From: Candidatus Pacebacteria bacterium RIFOXYA1_FULL_38_18
GTDB taxonomy: Bacteria; Patescibacteriota; Microgenomatia; UBA1400; PJMF01
NCBI GenBank assembly: GCA_001787405.1
Contig: MFWV01000003.1
Location: forward strand, 64,790 to 128,789
DNA: 64,000 nt
Reading direction: 5' to 3'
Position 1 is the stretch's first letter. Every line of letters begins with the position of its first letter. The notes beneath the pieces are model-generated. The model was not told the DNA's origin. It worked only from the letters and a program-made list of their open reading frames with translations, and made no database searches. Made by a program: the position numbers and the translations under genes. This document shows positions 1-9,614 of this stretch, in pieces.

Positions 1-80
1 AGATCAATATAACGGTTGATTTTGACAAAAAGTGTAACGTTTTTTTTCAGTTAAAAAACGGTATTTTATATCCTATAACA

Positions 81-109
81 TTGACAATAATACTCAAAAA
101 TGATATAGT
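81..109 (+). promoter_or_regulatory. Sigma70-like promoter TTGACA-17nt-TATAGT
   Basis: TTGACA at 81-86 and TATAGT at 104-109 with 17-nt spacer; faces the GC-rich untranslated block that starts at about 117. Confidence 0.4.
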
Positions 110-544
110 TTGAATACATTTAAGAAGTGAACAGCTTATTTAGTCTAAATATTTTTAAATCTCAAATTTTGTTTTTAATTCACTTCTTTTATGAGTGTGA
201 GTCGCAAGCCGACTGGCGCGCCACCTTTCTAGTAGAGAAAGGTTCTCTGACTTGGTTTTTGTTCACTTCTCAAACCGGTTGGAGATCCTTTTTCTGCTCG
301 AAAGAGCAGAGAGGGTACTTTACTCACCGATGGTTGTGTATCCGGATTAGCTCCAGACAACACGACAAAATTTGGTGAGTGAAGAGCACCTTAACAAGGA
401 GGAGAAAATCGGCGCTTCACGCGCTCGGTTCAGCTTTTCTGGGAATTTTATCAATTTCTGGAAAAGCTGGACTGAGTTGCCGGGCGCCGGCAAACAGAAT
501 CGAGCAAACCACCCCGCCACCACCGTGCGGCAAGGAGAAAGAAA

Positions 545-1591
545 ATGGAAGACAAAGAGCTCCGAAGAAAGTTAGGCCCTGCATGGGCCTGGGTCATTGT
601 TGCCACAATGACCAACATCATCATGGTAGCAATAGTGGTGTGGGCGTCATCCACGTCTACACCCACCACCCCTACTCCAGTCTCGACTGAGACTGAGGAA
701 GCTCCAGACCAGAGCGCCACGATTGTGGCGCTACTGGAAGAATTGGTCGCCGCGCAAGCGGCGACTGAAGAGCCAGAAGCTCCGCCAACGGCGGAACCCA
801 CTCCGGAACCGGTTGAGCTGGTGGTTCCGCCAACGGCGGAGCCCACCCCGGAACCGACCCAAGCTTCGACTGAAGAGCCGGAGTTGAAGGTCGCAGCGAC
901 GGAACCATCGGTTCCCGTTGCTGAAAATGGATACCCAATCGTCTCGTACGATTGGGGCCGTGCCAATATCCCCGCCGAAGTCACCACCATCAAGGTGAAT
1001 GATACAGGCGGATGTAACATGCCCGATGTCGTCTGCTACATGCTAGACGACGAAGGCGTGTTGGGGGCAGATGACCTGGCAGAGGCTGAGGCTAATCCCT
1101 CAGCAATCTGGACCGGGTCAGCCTGGCACCAGATGGCTCAGGGACCGCAAGTTGGTCTCCTAGTGCCAGAAGGTAGTTATGCAACTTGGTACTCAATCTC
1201 ATCCACTGTGGATGGGGGCGGGTACCACCTGGAGTTTGCCCCTCAGGGTGAGCTTCAGTGTAGTGGTGTGTTGGTACGTGGTTGGTTTGCGGAAACGCAC
1301 GTCGACCGGCACGTGCCGATCGTGATTTCAAACTACGGAGCACTGGGTGCTATGGTTTATACCAGATACCCGGTGCCGGTCGAAGCCGGTCAGTTCTTTT
1401 CGCAGGATTACCTCACTGCTCAAGCAACCAATGCACTGGATTTTGATAATTCAGGCATTGGTGATGAGGACTGTGATCTTTTCTGGCAGTTCGTCTTCGA
1501 CTACAACGACGGTTCTTTGACGGTGTTGAATTACACCGTCGAGAACGGTTGGTCCGTAGTTTGGACAAACATCGTCGGTCACGGCCGATGA
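545..1591 (+). CDS. Secreted/membrane-anchored protein with Pro/Thr-rich repeat linker (PTPEP repeats) and a C-terminal globular domain; function unknown
   Basis: ORF-track ORF; hydrophobic segment VIVATMTNIIMVAIVVWA then TPTTPTP and repeated PTAEPTPEP units; alternative start at M22 (position 608); GC content visibly higher than the rest of the window. Confidence 0.55.
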   Translation: MEDKELRRKLGPAWAWVIVATMTNIIMVAIVVWASSTSTPTTPTPVSTETEEAPDQSATIVALLEELVAAQAATEEPEAPPTAEPTPEPVELVVPPTAEPTPEPTQASTEEPELKVAATEPSVPVAENGYPIVSYDWGRANIPAEVTTIKVNDTGGCNMPDVVCYMLDDEGVLGADDLAEAEANPSAIWTGSAWHQMAQGPQVGLLVPEGSYATWYSISSTVDGGGYHLEFAPQGELQCSGVLVRGWFAETHVDRHVPIVISNYGALGAMVYTRYPVPVEAGQFFSQDYLTAQATNALDFDNSGIGDEDCDLFWQFVFDYNDGSLTVLNYTVENGWSVVWTNIVGHGR

Positions 1592-1599
1592 TTGCTCCT

Positions 1600-1632
1600 C
1601 CTCGAAGGGGCGGCGCGCAAGCGCCGCCCTTT
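1600..1632 (+). terminator. Rho-independent terminator-like GC hairpin
   Basis: GGGCGGCGCGCAAGCGCCGCCC perfect hairpin immediately after the stop codon at 1591, followed by T-rich sequence. Confidence 0.5.
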
Positions 1633-1636
1633 CAAC

Positions 1637-1712
1637 CTTATTTATTATTTAATTCACTTTATTTATTACGCAATTAACTTTATTTATTACGCAATTAACT
1701 TTATTTATTATT
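1637..1712. repeat. Tandem direct repeats (about 21-nt unit CTTTATTTATTACGCAATTAA: two full copies plus degenerate flanking copies)
   Basis: Identical copies at 1657-1677 and 1678-1698; related TTATTTATTA units on both sides; lies in the intergenic region upstream of the 1765 gene. Confidence 0.7.
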
Positions 1713-1764
1713 TGATCAAAAATTTTCAGGCTAAAAATCCTTTTGAGTTCGTTCTACAATACTT

Positions 1765-4700
1765 ATGATGATAATCTCTGGTTTTACTCGCTTGTTTAAA
1801 GATCATTTGCCACTTTTGCTTGTGGTCGCGGTGGCCTTGATTATTGCCCGTCAAAACATTGATACTACTACGATTTATTCCGGCTGGGATAATATTCATG
1901 CCGAGTTTGACCTTGCGCGCTATGCTCGTCAGGTCTTTTTTGGGGCTTGGGTAGAGCATCAGGGGTTGGGAGCGCCGGCTGCTCAAGCACAATTGGCCGA
2001 AATACCTCGTTTGCCGATTTTATTACTGCTTCATACTTTGTTACCTGCCAACTTAATTAGGTATGTTTTTATTTTCTTGATGTACTTGATCGGTGGGGTG
2101 GGTATGTATTGGTACCTGGCTACCATTTGGCTTAAACAAAATAAAACCAGTTTCAAAACCTGGCTGGCAGCTCTTGGTGGTTTATTTTATCTTCTCCATG
2201 TTCTCACTCTCCAGCAGTTTTACATTAGTTTTGAAATGTTTATGACTCAATTTGCTTTTTTGCCATTTTTGCTGGTGATTATTCATAGGTTGGCCAAACA
2301 AATTAATTCCAAAAATATCTTGTTGTTTGTGTTGCTTCAGCTTTTACTGGCTCCCAGCAGTCACACCTCGACGGTTTTTTATTTAGCAGTGCTTTTTTCT
2401 TTGGTTTATGGATTCTTTTTGATAGTCAAAGAAAATCCTCTCAAAGCCTTGCGTTTTAGTATTTTACTCGGGCTTTTAACTTTGCTGGCTCATGCTTACT
2501 GGATTTTACCCAATCTTTATTACACTTTGAATAACGCTTCTTATGTAGCGGGCAGTCGCACTAATCAATTATTTGCACCAGAATCCGTTTGGAGTGTGAG
2601 AGAAGCAGGAACTTTGAGTAATTTAACCAGTGGCACTCATTATTTGTTTAGTTGGCGAGATTATGATTTTGCCACTCAACAATTTGAGTTTATTTTTGAT
2701 GAATGGTTACCACATCTCAATCAGTGGTCAGTGAAAATTATGTTGCAAATTTTGGGAGTATTCACGATGATAGGTGGTCTGCTACTCATCAAAGCCAAGA
2801 ATAAAGGTTGGCAACGCTTTTCAATCTTGATTATTTATTTGTTTTGTTTAAGTTTTATTTGGATTGATTTGTTGCCCAGCAACAAGCTGATTGATCAGCT
2901 TTACCAATCGGGTTCATTTCGTGAAGCTTTTCGCAATCCTTTTACTAAATTGTCAATTATTTATAGTTTTGTTTCAGTATTATTGTTCATTCAGTTAGCA
3001 GAAAGTTTGGTTAACTACTTCAAACGCAATGGTCGCAAGCATTTTCCTGGTAAATTTGTGGCAATTGGTCTACTTGGCGCATTGGCGGGAATGATGATTT
3101 ATATTTCTTGGCCGTCATTTCAAGGTCACTTTATTAGTGAAAAATTAAAAATTGAGTATCCCGCTGAATATCAAGCCATGTTTAATTATTTGAGCGATCA
3201 AGATCCTCATTTACGGATTCTTCAATTACCACAGTTTTCTCATGCCAGTTGGGAATATTACACTTGGCCTTGGTTGGGTGAGGGTAATGGGTATCAGGGA
3301 ATGGGTTTTTACTTTTTTGGTTTTCCTCAGGCTTTTTTAAACCGAGACGCCGATCGTTGGGTGGCGACTTCAGATTCTTTTTATCATGAACTCAAACATG
3401 CATTGGACAGGCAAAACGCCACTCATTTTGGCGAAATTTTGGCAAAATATAGAGTAGATTTATTGATTATTGATGAAACACGCTTGGATCCCAACCGCGA
3501 ACACACTTATCTAGTTGATCATCGTTTGGCTAGAGAAGCTGGCTTGACTGAGGTTTGGCGAGAAAATTTTCTGACTATCTATCAAAGACAAAGTGAGACT
3601 GCAGATCAGGAAATTTTTGCGCCAAAGCAATTGACAAAAACTTCGGTTGCGACCGAGCGAGTGAGGACGGATTATCTTTATCGTGAACAAGGTGATTATT
3701 TGACGACCGGAGAGACTGAAGCAACAGTGATTTATCCTTTGGCAGACTTGGTTGTTCATCAGTTAAATGGACTTGATTTTACCGATGATGGTCTTAGGAT
3801 GATTCGCCCGCTGACTGATGGAAAATACACACTGACTGTTCCCGGTTGGCAGGAAAAATATTACTTTACGCCAGTGGCAATTCGCTATCAACAGCAGACC
3901 GTGACGGTAAGCTTTCCACGAGTTGAGATACAAGTAGAGGGCAAAACCATTACTTTGCCCAGATTAGCTGATTTTGAGTTTGAAGTAGTGCCTGATTTAA
4001 CAGCCATCATGCTTTTCTTCAATGAAGGTGGAGCAATTGTGGAACAAAACCAAAGTGCTTTCCCGATTCTCAAAGTACCAGTAGGTGAGTCAGTCAAGAT
4101 CGAACTAATTGAGTTTCCAGGAGAGTTGGTTTATTTGCCGTCAGGAGAAGTTGATGTGACTGGATTGACTGTTAATCCAGTTGCTCGCTTGAACGTGGAT
4201 TGGTCGGCCTTTACTAGTGCCCAAACTTTATCAGTGGATCAGGCTCATGAACTTAAAATAATTTCTCGCTTTCCCTCTTTGACGGTTGATTTATTAAAAA
4301 ATCCAACAGTAAATTGTGCCACTGGCAAGCAAGGCAGTATTCTGACTCAGTCACAGAAAAATACTGTGCTTTTCCAAGCAGATGATTTTGGAGTGAATTG
4401 TGGCGGTTATGCTTTTGAACATTTGTCTTCAGCTTATCCATACGTGATGGAATTGAAAGGCAAGAATTATCAAGGACGAGGGATCAAGTTTTTTATCAGT
4501 TACACAGACAGAGCCATTGTGCCCGAGGATTATTTAATTCAAGAAAATGAGTATGTTGCTTATATTGGTTTGGGAAAAATCTCTGATGATCCGCGTGATA
4601 TTTTTTATCTAAATTGGGAGACACGTTCTTTTGGTAAAGAAGATATTAATGAACTGGAAAGCATTAGCTTGGCTCCTTTTCCATTGGAACAGTTGGCTGG

Positions 4701-5046
4701 TTTAAAGTTGGAAAAGCTGGAAACACCTTTACAATTTGAGAATCGAGCAGAGATTTTGCAAGACAGAGTTTATTTGGACAGCATCCATTTAATCAAAGCC
4801 GATTGTCCAGAAGAGGCTTGCTGGGTGGCTTTGGATCAAAGCTTTGATGATTTATGGTTGGCTTTTCGAGTTGGTAAAGCTGATTTTTTACCTCATCATC
4901 GTTACAACAACTGGGCCAATATTTGGCAGTTGGATAAAACTGGAACGATCGTAATTTTTTATCTGCCAGAACTAGTTTCTTTATTGAGCATGGTGGGATT
5001 GGCCAGTTGGTTGATAATTTTATTGCTCAAAAATTCTCGTCGCTGA
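1765..5046 (+). CDS. Large polytopic membrane protein (1093 aa), N-terminal multi-TM domain plus large extracytoplasmic C-terminal domain; possibly GT-C-type glycosyltransferase-like
   Basis: Many hydrophobic helices in the first 450 aa, long soluble C-terminal region and a final C-terminal TM helix; no catalytic motif recognised with confidence. Confidence 0.45.
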   Translation: MMIISGFTRLFKDHLPLLLVVAVALIIARQNIDTTTIYSGWDNIHAEFDLARYARQVFFGAWVEHQGLGAPAAQAQLAEIPRLPILLLLHTLLPANLIRYVFIFLMYLIGGVGMYWYLATIWLKQNKTSFKTWLAALGGLFYLLHVLTLQQFYISFEMFMTQFAFLPFLLVIIHRLAKQINSKNILLFVLLQLLLAPSSHTSTVFYLAVLFSLVYGFFLIVKENPLKALRFSILLGLLTLLAHAYWILPNLYYTLNNASYVAGSRTNQLFAPESVWSVREAGTLSNLTSGTHYLFSWRDYDFATQQFEFIFDEWLPHLNQWSVKIMLQILGVFTMIGGLLLIKAKNKGWQRFSILIIYLFCLSFIWIDLLPSNKLIDQLYQSGSFREAFRNPFTKLSIIYSFVSVLLFIQLAESLVNYFKRNGRKHFPGKFVAIGLLGALAGMMIYISWPSFQGHFISEKLKIEYPAEYQAMFNYLSDQDPHLRILQLPQFSHASWEYYTWPWLGEGNGYQGMGFYFFGFPQAFLNRDADRWVATSDSFYHELKHALDRQNATHFGEILAKYRVDLLIIDETRLDPNREHTYLVDHRLAREAGLTEVWRENFLTIYQRQSETADQEIFAPKQLTKTSVATERVRTDYLYREQGDYLTTGETEATVIYPLADLVVHQLNGLDFTDDGLRMIRPLTDGKYTLTVPGWQEKYYFTPVAIRYQQQTVTVSFPRVEIQVEGKTITLPRLADFEFEVVPDLTAIMLFFNEGGAIVEQNQSAFPILKVPVGESVKIELIEFPGELVYLPSGEVDVTGLTVNPVARLNVDWSAFTSAQTLSVDQAHELKIISRFPSLTVDLLKNPTVNCATGKQGSILTQSQKNTVLFQADDFGVNCGGYAFEHLSSAYPYVMELKGKNYQGRGIKFFISYTDRAIVPEDYLIQENEYVAYIGLGKISDDPRDIFYLNWETRSFGKEDINELESISLAPFPLEQLAGLKLEKLETPLQFENRAEILQDRVYLDSIHLIKADCPEEACWVALDQSFDDLWLAFRVGKADFLPHHRYNNWANIWQLDKTGTIVIFYLPELVSLLSMVGLASWLIILLLKNSRR

Positions 5047-5067
5047 TTTTTTGCCAAGATTTTTGTT

Positions 5068-6810
5068 TTGTGTCAGTTTGTTGTCAGCTTGTTCGGCTTT
5101 AATGAGGGTGTGAAAAAATTGATCATTACGCTAGTTCTGGCAGTTGGTTGGTTGTCTGTTACTAGTGAGGGGCAGGCTTGGCAGGCAGAAGATTGGCAAG
5201 TGGTGGGTAACACGGAACAAACTTGGCTGGTAGAAGAGGAACAGATAATTGGTGTGGCTGAGGAGCAAAAGCGAGTTTCTTGGTTGGTTTTGCGAGAAGA
5301 TTTGTATCCGGTGACGGAGGATTTTAAGTTTCAGTTTGAGTTTGTGCCGGTGCAAGGCACTGATCACAATCTGATCTGGAACTTTATTGATGAGCAGAAT
5401 TATTATCAGGCACATTTAAATGGCGGGGCGATTTGGGTGAGTAGATTTGCTGACGGTCAGGAGAGCTTGTCGGTGGCCAAAAACTTTTCCATTAATCTTA
5501 GCCAATCCTACAAACTGGAAATTATAGAGCAGGGCAGACAAGTGACTATCCTGATTGATGATCAGCCGATCATTGATTTTACTGACTGGACTAGTGATGA
5601 GCAAAGTCACGGGCAAGTGGGTTTCAAGTTGGCCCCTGGCGCGATTATTCCAGTGGAGTCGAAGTTTACTAACGTTCGGGTTACGGATCCCAAGCAAATT
5701 ATTTTGCCGGTTGAGTTACTCAAACAAACCGATCCAGCTTGGTCGGAATTGATTTATGACACTGCTGATCTTTGGTCTGCCAAACCTACTGTGGGCCGCT
5801 GGGGGTGCGCGCTCACCAGCCTGACAATGATCATGCGCTTCTACGGGTTGGATTTAATGCCGGATGGTTCCCCGACCACCCCAGCGGCCATCAATTCTTG
5901 GCTTCTCACTCAGCCAGACGGTTATCTGGGCCAAGGTCTGGTCAACTGGTGGGCTGGTACCCGTTTAATAAGTCAAATCAGCACTCAATACTCAACACCC
6001 ACAAAAACCCTGCCCAAACTAGAGTTTGCTTATCAAGCTTTGGATTGGTCAACTCGCTTAATATCAGAGTTAACCAGTGGCCGACCAGCCATTGTGCAAG
6101 TGCCGGGTCACTTTATAGTGGCGCACGGTTTTAATCTTTCAAATAATGATTTTTTTATTCACGATCCTTTTTATGATTTCACACAGCTTAGTCACCACAA
6201 GCAAGTCCTTTCTTTGCGTCTATTTACTCCCAGCCAAACAGATCTGAGTGCCATTGTGGTTGTGCATCGACCTGAAGTAACGGTGACCATTGAGCATGAA
6301 TCGGGCACAGCACTCACCCAAACTTGGTCGGAATGGTTAGCTAGCGACCCGGAAAAAGAGCAGACCGCGCCGTGGCAGTTCACAGTCATCGATAAACCGA
6401 TGACTGGTACTTATCGATTTTTAATTGAAGGCAGGCAAGAGGATGGAGACACCAAAGTCTTGATTTATGATCAACAGGCAGGTGTGCAAGACTTTACTCC
6501 TGCCCAAAATCAAACCGGTAATCAAGAATTGCTGGATTTTGAACTGCAGTTTGACAAAACCACTGGCGCGGTTTTCGTCAATCAATTTTCTTGGTCGGTA
6601 TTTTTGGCAAAACTGGCAAATGCTTATCAAACTGGACTAATTGATCAATTAAAGTTTAATCGTTTACAAACTCTTGCCCTAACGGCTCAACAAGCTGATC
6701 AAGCTACTTGGTCGCGCTATCAAACATATTTAAAAAATATTTTGGAAATTATCAAAACCCCGCAAACTAAAGAAAAAATTACCGCATTGCAAGCAATTCT
6801 TGCAGAGTAG
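5068..6810 (+). CDS. Secreted protein with C39-like (papain-fold) cysteine peptidase domain
   Basis: Signal-peptide-like N-terminus; motif GRWGCALTSLTMIMRFYG resembles the Cys-containing block of C39-like peptidases and VPGHFIVAHGF a downstream catalytic His block; inferred from motifs only. Confidence 0.45.
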   Translation: MCQFVVSLFGFNEGVKKLIITLVLAVGWLSVTSEGQAWQAEDWQVVGNTEQTWLVEEEQIIGVAEEQKRVSWLVLREDLYPVTEDFKFQFEFVPVQGTDHNLIWNFIDEQNYYQAHLNGGAIWVSRFADGQESLSVAKNFSINLSQSYKLEIIEQGRQVTILIDDQPIIDFTDWTSDEQSHGQVGFKLAPGAIIPVESKFTNVRVTDPKQIILPVELLKQTDPAWSELIYDTADLWSAKPTVGRWGCALTSLTMIMRFYGLDLMPDGSPTTPAAINSWLLTQPDGYLGQGLVNWWAGTRLISQISTQYSTPTKTLPKLEFAYQALDWSTRLISELTSGRPAIVQVPGHFIVAHGFNLSNNDFFIHDPFYDFTQLSHHKQVLSLRLFTPSQTDLSAIVVVHRPEVTVTIEHESGTALTQTWSEWLASDPEKEQTAPWQFTVIDKPMTGTYRFLIEGRQEDGDTKVLIYDQQAGVQDFTPAQNQTGNQELLDFELQFDKTTGAVFVNQFSWSVFLAKLANAYQTGLIDQLKFNRLQTLALTAQQADQATWSRYQTYLKNILEIIKTPQTKEKITALQAILAE

Positions 6811-7387
6811 CGCTCTCGCGATCACGCGGGGAAATAATCATTTTTTCCCGCTCTATGGGCCACTGGATATTTAGTTCTGGATCAAACAGGGAAAGAGCCT
6901 TATCGCCGGTTGCATTTCGCTCGTCATAAAAAGCACCGACGGCATAATGATAGAGCAATGGCCCCTCCATGACGGCGATGGAATTTGCTACTCCCATGGG
7001 GACATATAGACTGACTTGGATTTCATCACTCGGGTTTGGTTCAAACAGAAAGTACTCTACTTGTTTAAAAGTGGGTGACTCTGGTCGAATATCAACCAAA
7101 ACAGAGATGCCTTTACCAAATATGACGGTGGTCAATTTATGCCAACCTTCTGCGTGCAAACCACGCACCACATTGGTGTGAGAATAAGCCAAATTAATCT
7201 GTTTTAATTCGGGACGCTTACCGATTGCCTTTTCCAAGTTTTTCAGACCGGTGATGTCAGCAAAAAAACCTCTTTCATCCTGGAATTTTTTATGTTGGAG
7301 ATAAAGCAAACCATCGATTTTGGTGCGAAAAACTCCGTCAACTATTTCTAAATTAGGATTTGATTGATAAATAGGAGGCATCTGCAT
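6779..7387 (-). CDS. rmlC: dTDP-4-dehydrorhamnose 3,5-epimerase
   Basis: FQDERGFF and RGLHAE motifs match the conserved RmlC blocks (FGDERGFF, RGLHYQ); length 202 aa; overlaps the 3' end of the convergent upstream gene by 32 nt. Confidence 0.75.
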   Translation of the reverse strand: MQMPPIYQSNPNLEIVDGVFRTKIDGLLYLQHKKFQDERGFFADITGLKNLEKAIGKRPELKQINLAYSHTNVVRGLHAEGWHKLTTVIFGKGISVLVDIRPESPTFKQVEYFLFEPNPSDEIQVSLYVPMGVANSIAVMEGPLLYHYAVGAFYDERNATGDKALSLFDPELNIQWPIEREKMIISPRDRESATLQELLAMR

Positions 7388-7517
7388 ATGATTTGATTAT
7401 AGCCAAAAGCTCATCTTTGTATAGTTTTATTAATTCTGTCTCACTTCGTTTTACCAGATGTTTTGTGTTACAATCCACCAGTTGTTCAAACAAAAATACT
7501 TGCTCAAAAACTCAGCA

Positions 7518-8729
7518 ATGTCTCAAAAAATCTATCAACCTTCCACCAAAATCCTAGCGCGCTATGCAACGGTATTGGTCAATTTTGCTCTCAATTCTGG
7601 ACGGGGGATCAAAAAAGATGAGGTGGTGCGTTTAGTAGTGCCTGATGTAGCCAAGTCTTTGGGCTTGGAACTGCAAAACGCAGTCTTGCGAGCCGGCGCT
7701 CATCCCGTGATGCGTTTTTTACCAACCAATTTTGATCGAGATTTTTATAATTTGGCCAATAAAAAACAATTAGAGTTTTTTCCCAAAAAAATGCTCAGGT
7801 CGCAAGTAGAGTTATTTGATCATACTATCGGGGTGATTGCCGACCCCCATCCAGAAGAATTAATTGATACCGATCCCAAAAAGATTTTACTAGCTCGTGA
7901 TTCCAAAAAAGCGCTGCGTGATTGGTACGACGCCAAAGAACACGCTGGTAAATTTACTTGGACGGTGGCTCTTTGGGGAGTAGAGGCCAAAGCTCGTGAA
8001 GTTGGTTTGAGCCTGGAAGCTTATTGGCAGGAAATCATCAAGGCTTGTTTCTTGGACAAAACCAACCCAGTCGGTGAGTGGCAAAAGGTGGCTAGACTGC
8101 AACAACAAATTAAACGCAAACTCAATAGTCTGCCCATCGATTGGTTATTATTCAAAGGAGCGGACATGGATTTGAAAATCAACATTGGTCAAAAGCGACT
8201 CTGGAAAGGTGGCGAAGGTCGTAACATTCCCAGTTTTGAGATCTTTACTTCACCAGATTGGCGAGGCACCAAAGGCTGGATTCGTTTTAATCAGCCTCTT
8301 TATCGTTATAGTCGAATCATCAGAGACGTCGAGATGAAGTTTGAGCGAGGCCACGTAGTGCAAGCCAAGGCCAAAACCGGCAACAAGTTTTTGCAAGAAA
8401 TGCTCAAAAGTACCAATGCCGACAAACTTGGTGAAGTATCACTGACTGACAAGCGTATTTCTCGCATCAGTCACGTGATGGCAGAGACACTGTTTGACGA
8501 AAACATCGGCGGTCCTTTTGGCAATATGCATGTGGCGATCGGCAGGGCTTATAGAGATTGCTATTTAGAAGATCCCAGTAAATTATCAGATATAGAATGG
8601 CAGGAACTGGGTTATAACGACTCGGCTGAACACACGGATTTGGTTTCCACTACGGATCGCACTGTCACGGCCGTGATGACCGATGGCAGTCAAAAAATAA
8701 TTTATCAAGCTGGTAAATTCGTAATTTAA
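7518..8729 (+). CDS. Aminopeptidase, M29 family (AmpS/PepS/aminopeptidase T-like)
   Basis: About 400 aa; N-terminal region (LARYATVLVNFALN...) typical of M29 thermophilic-type aminopeptidases; start refined to ATG 7518 (MSQKIY). Confidence 0.6.
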   Translation: MSQKIYQPSTKILARYATVLVNFALNSGRGIKKDEVVRLVVPDVAKSLGLELQNAVLRAGAHPVMRFLPTNFDRDFYNLANKKQLEFFPKKMLRSQVELFDHTIGVIADPHPEELIDTDPKKILLARDSKKALRDWYDAKEHAGKFTWTVALWGVEAKAREVGLSLEAYWQEIIKACFLDKTNPVGEWQKVARLQQQIKRKLNSLPIDWLLFKGADMDLKINIGQKRLWKGGEGRNIPSFEIFTSPDWRGTKGWIRFNQPLYRYSRIIRDVEMKFERGHVVQAKAKTGNKFLQEMLKSTNADKLGEVSLTDKRISRISHVMAETLFDENIGGPFGNMHVAIGRAYRDCYLEDPSKLSDIEWQELGYNDSAEHTDLVSTTDRTVTAVMTDGSQKIIYQAGKFVI

Positions 8730-8763
8730 TACCAAAGATTCCCTGATCAGGTACAATACCTTT

Positions 8764-9540
8764 GTGATTATTTCTTCTACCAAACAACTAGCTCAATATC
8801 GTGAAACAGCCAAGATTTCTACCGAGATTCTTTGGCAACTACACGAAGCAACCAAGGTGGGAGTCACCCCGCTGAGTATTGATACTCTGGCGGACAAACT
8901 TTGTCGTCAATATTCCGTTAAACCCAACTTTAAAGGAGTCGGTCATAAAAAAAATCCTTACGCTTTCGTGACTTGTATTTCTGTGAATGATACCGTGGTT
9001 CATGGTATTCCCCAAGACATTCCCCTCATGGAGGGAGATTTGGTCAAAGTAGATTTTGGCCTTGAGTACAAGGGGCTACATACTGATCACTGTTTCACTG
9101 TGGGTATTGGCAAGCTGGCTGATCGCGACAAGAAACTACTGACTACCGGCCGATACGCCATTCTCACCGCAGCACAACAAGCCATCACTGGTAAATATAC
9201 AGGAGACTTGGGTCACATTATGGAGACGACCGCTCATCAGGAAGGCTTTAGTGTGACTGAACAATATGTCGGTCACGGCATCGGTCATAGTTTGCATGAA
9301 GAGCCACAGTTGCCAGCTTGGGGCGAACCGGGCACCGGCACTCTTTTACAAAAAGGCATGGTTTTGTGCGTGGAGGCTCAACTTTTGGCTGGTAGCAATG
9401 AAGTCTATTTGGCTAGTGATGGTTGGTCAGTCAAAACCAGTGATGGAGGCAAGGCCGTCATGTTTGAGTTTATGGTAATCGTGGGTGATAGCAAACCAGA
9501 GTTTTTAACTCCCACCGCCACTTGGCCATTATTGGTTTAA
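8764..9540 (+). CDS. map: Methionine aminopeptidase type I
   Basis: 258 aa; [13 protein letters not shown] block and later His/Glu metal-ligand blocks ([11 protein letters not shown]) typical of the M24A pita-bread fold. Confidence 0.8.
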   Translation: MIISSTKQLAQYRETAKISTEILWQLHEATKVGVTPLSIDTLADKLCRQYSVKPNFKGVGHKKNPYAFVTCISVNDTVVHGIPQDIPLMEGDLVKVDFGLEYKGLHTDHCFTVGIGKLADRDKKLLTTGRYAILTAAQQAITGKYTGDLGHIMETTAHQEGFSVTEQYVGHGIGHSLHEEPQLPAWGEPGTGTLLQKGMVLCVEAQLLAGSNEVYLASDGWSVKTSDGGKAVMFEFMVIVGDSKPEFLTPTATWPLLV

Positions 9541-9614
9541 GGGCTTTAAATGAAGGTTGTCAAGTTTTTAGGCTTTTATTCTTGGGAAAGCGTTGTATAA
9601 TTATACATCTTCAT

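Noticed and set aside
117-540. RNase P RNA or tmRNA gene
   Set aside because: Only short loose similarities to RNase P CR-I/CR-V-like strings. No convincing P4 pseudoknot partner pair, no tmRNA tag reading frame and no tRNA-like 3' end were found. Kept as a generic structured-leader finding instead.
451-1020. Minus-strand ORFs 451..1020 and 672..938, plus short + ORFs 127..378, 372..575 and 379..690
   Set aside because: They lie antisense to, or overlap, the GC-rich PT-repeat gene and leader. Long spurious ORFs are expected in GC-rich repeat sequence, and there is no RBS or domain signal.
1637-1712. Possible CRISPR array
   Set aside because: Only two or three directly abutting repeat copies with no spacers between them; AT-rich, not palindromic, no cas genes nearby.
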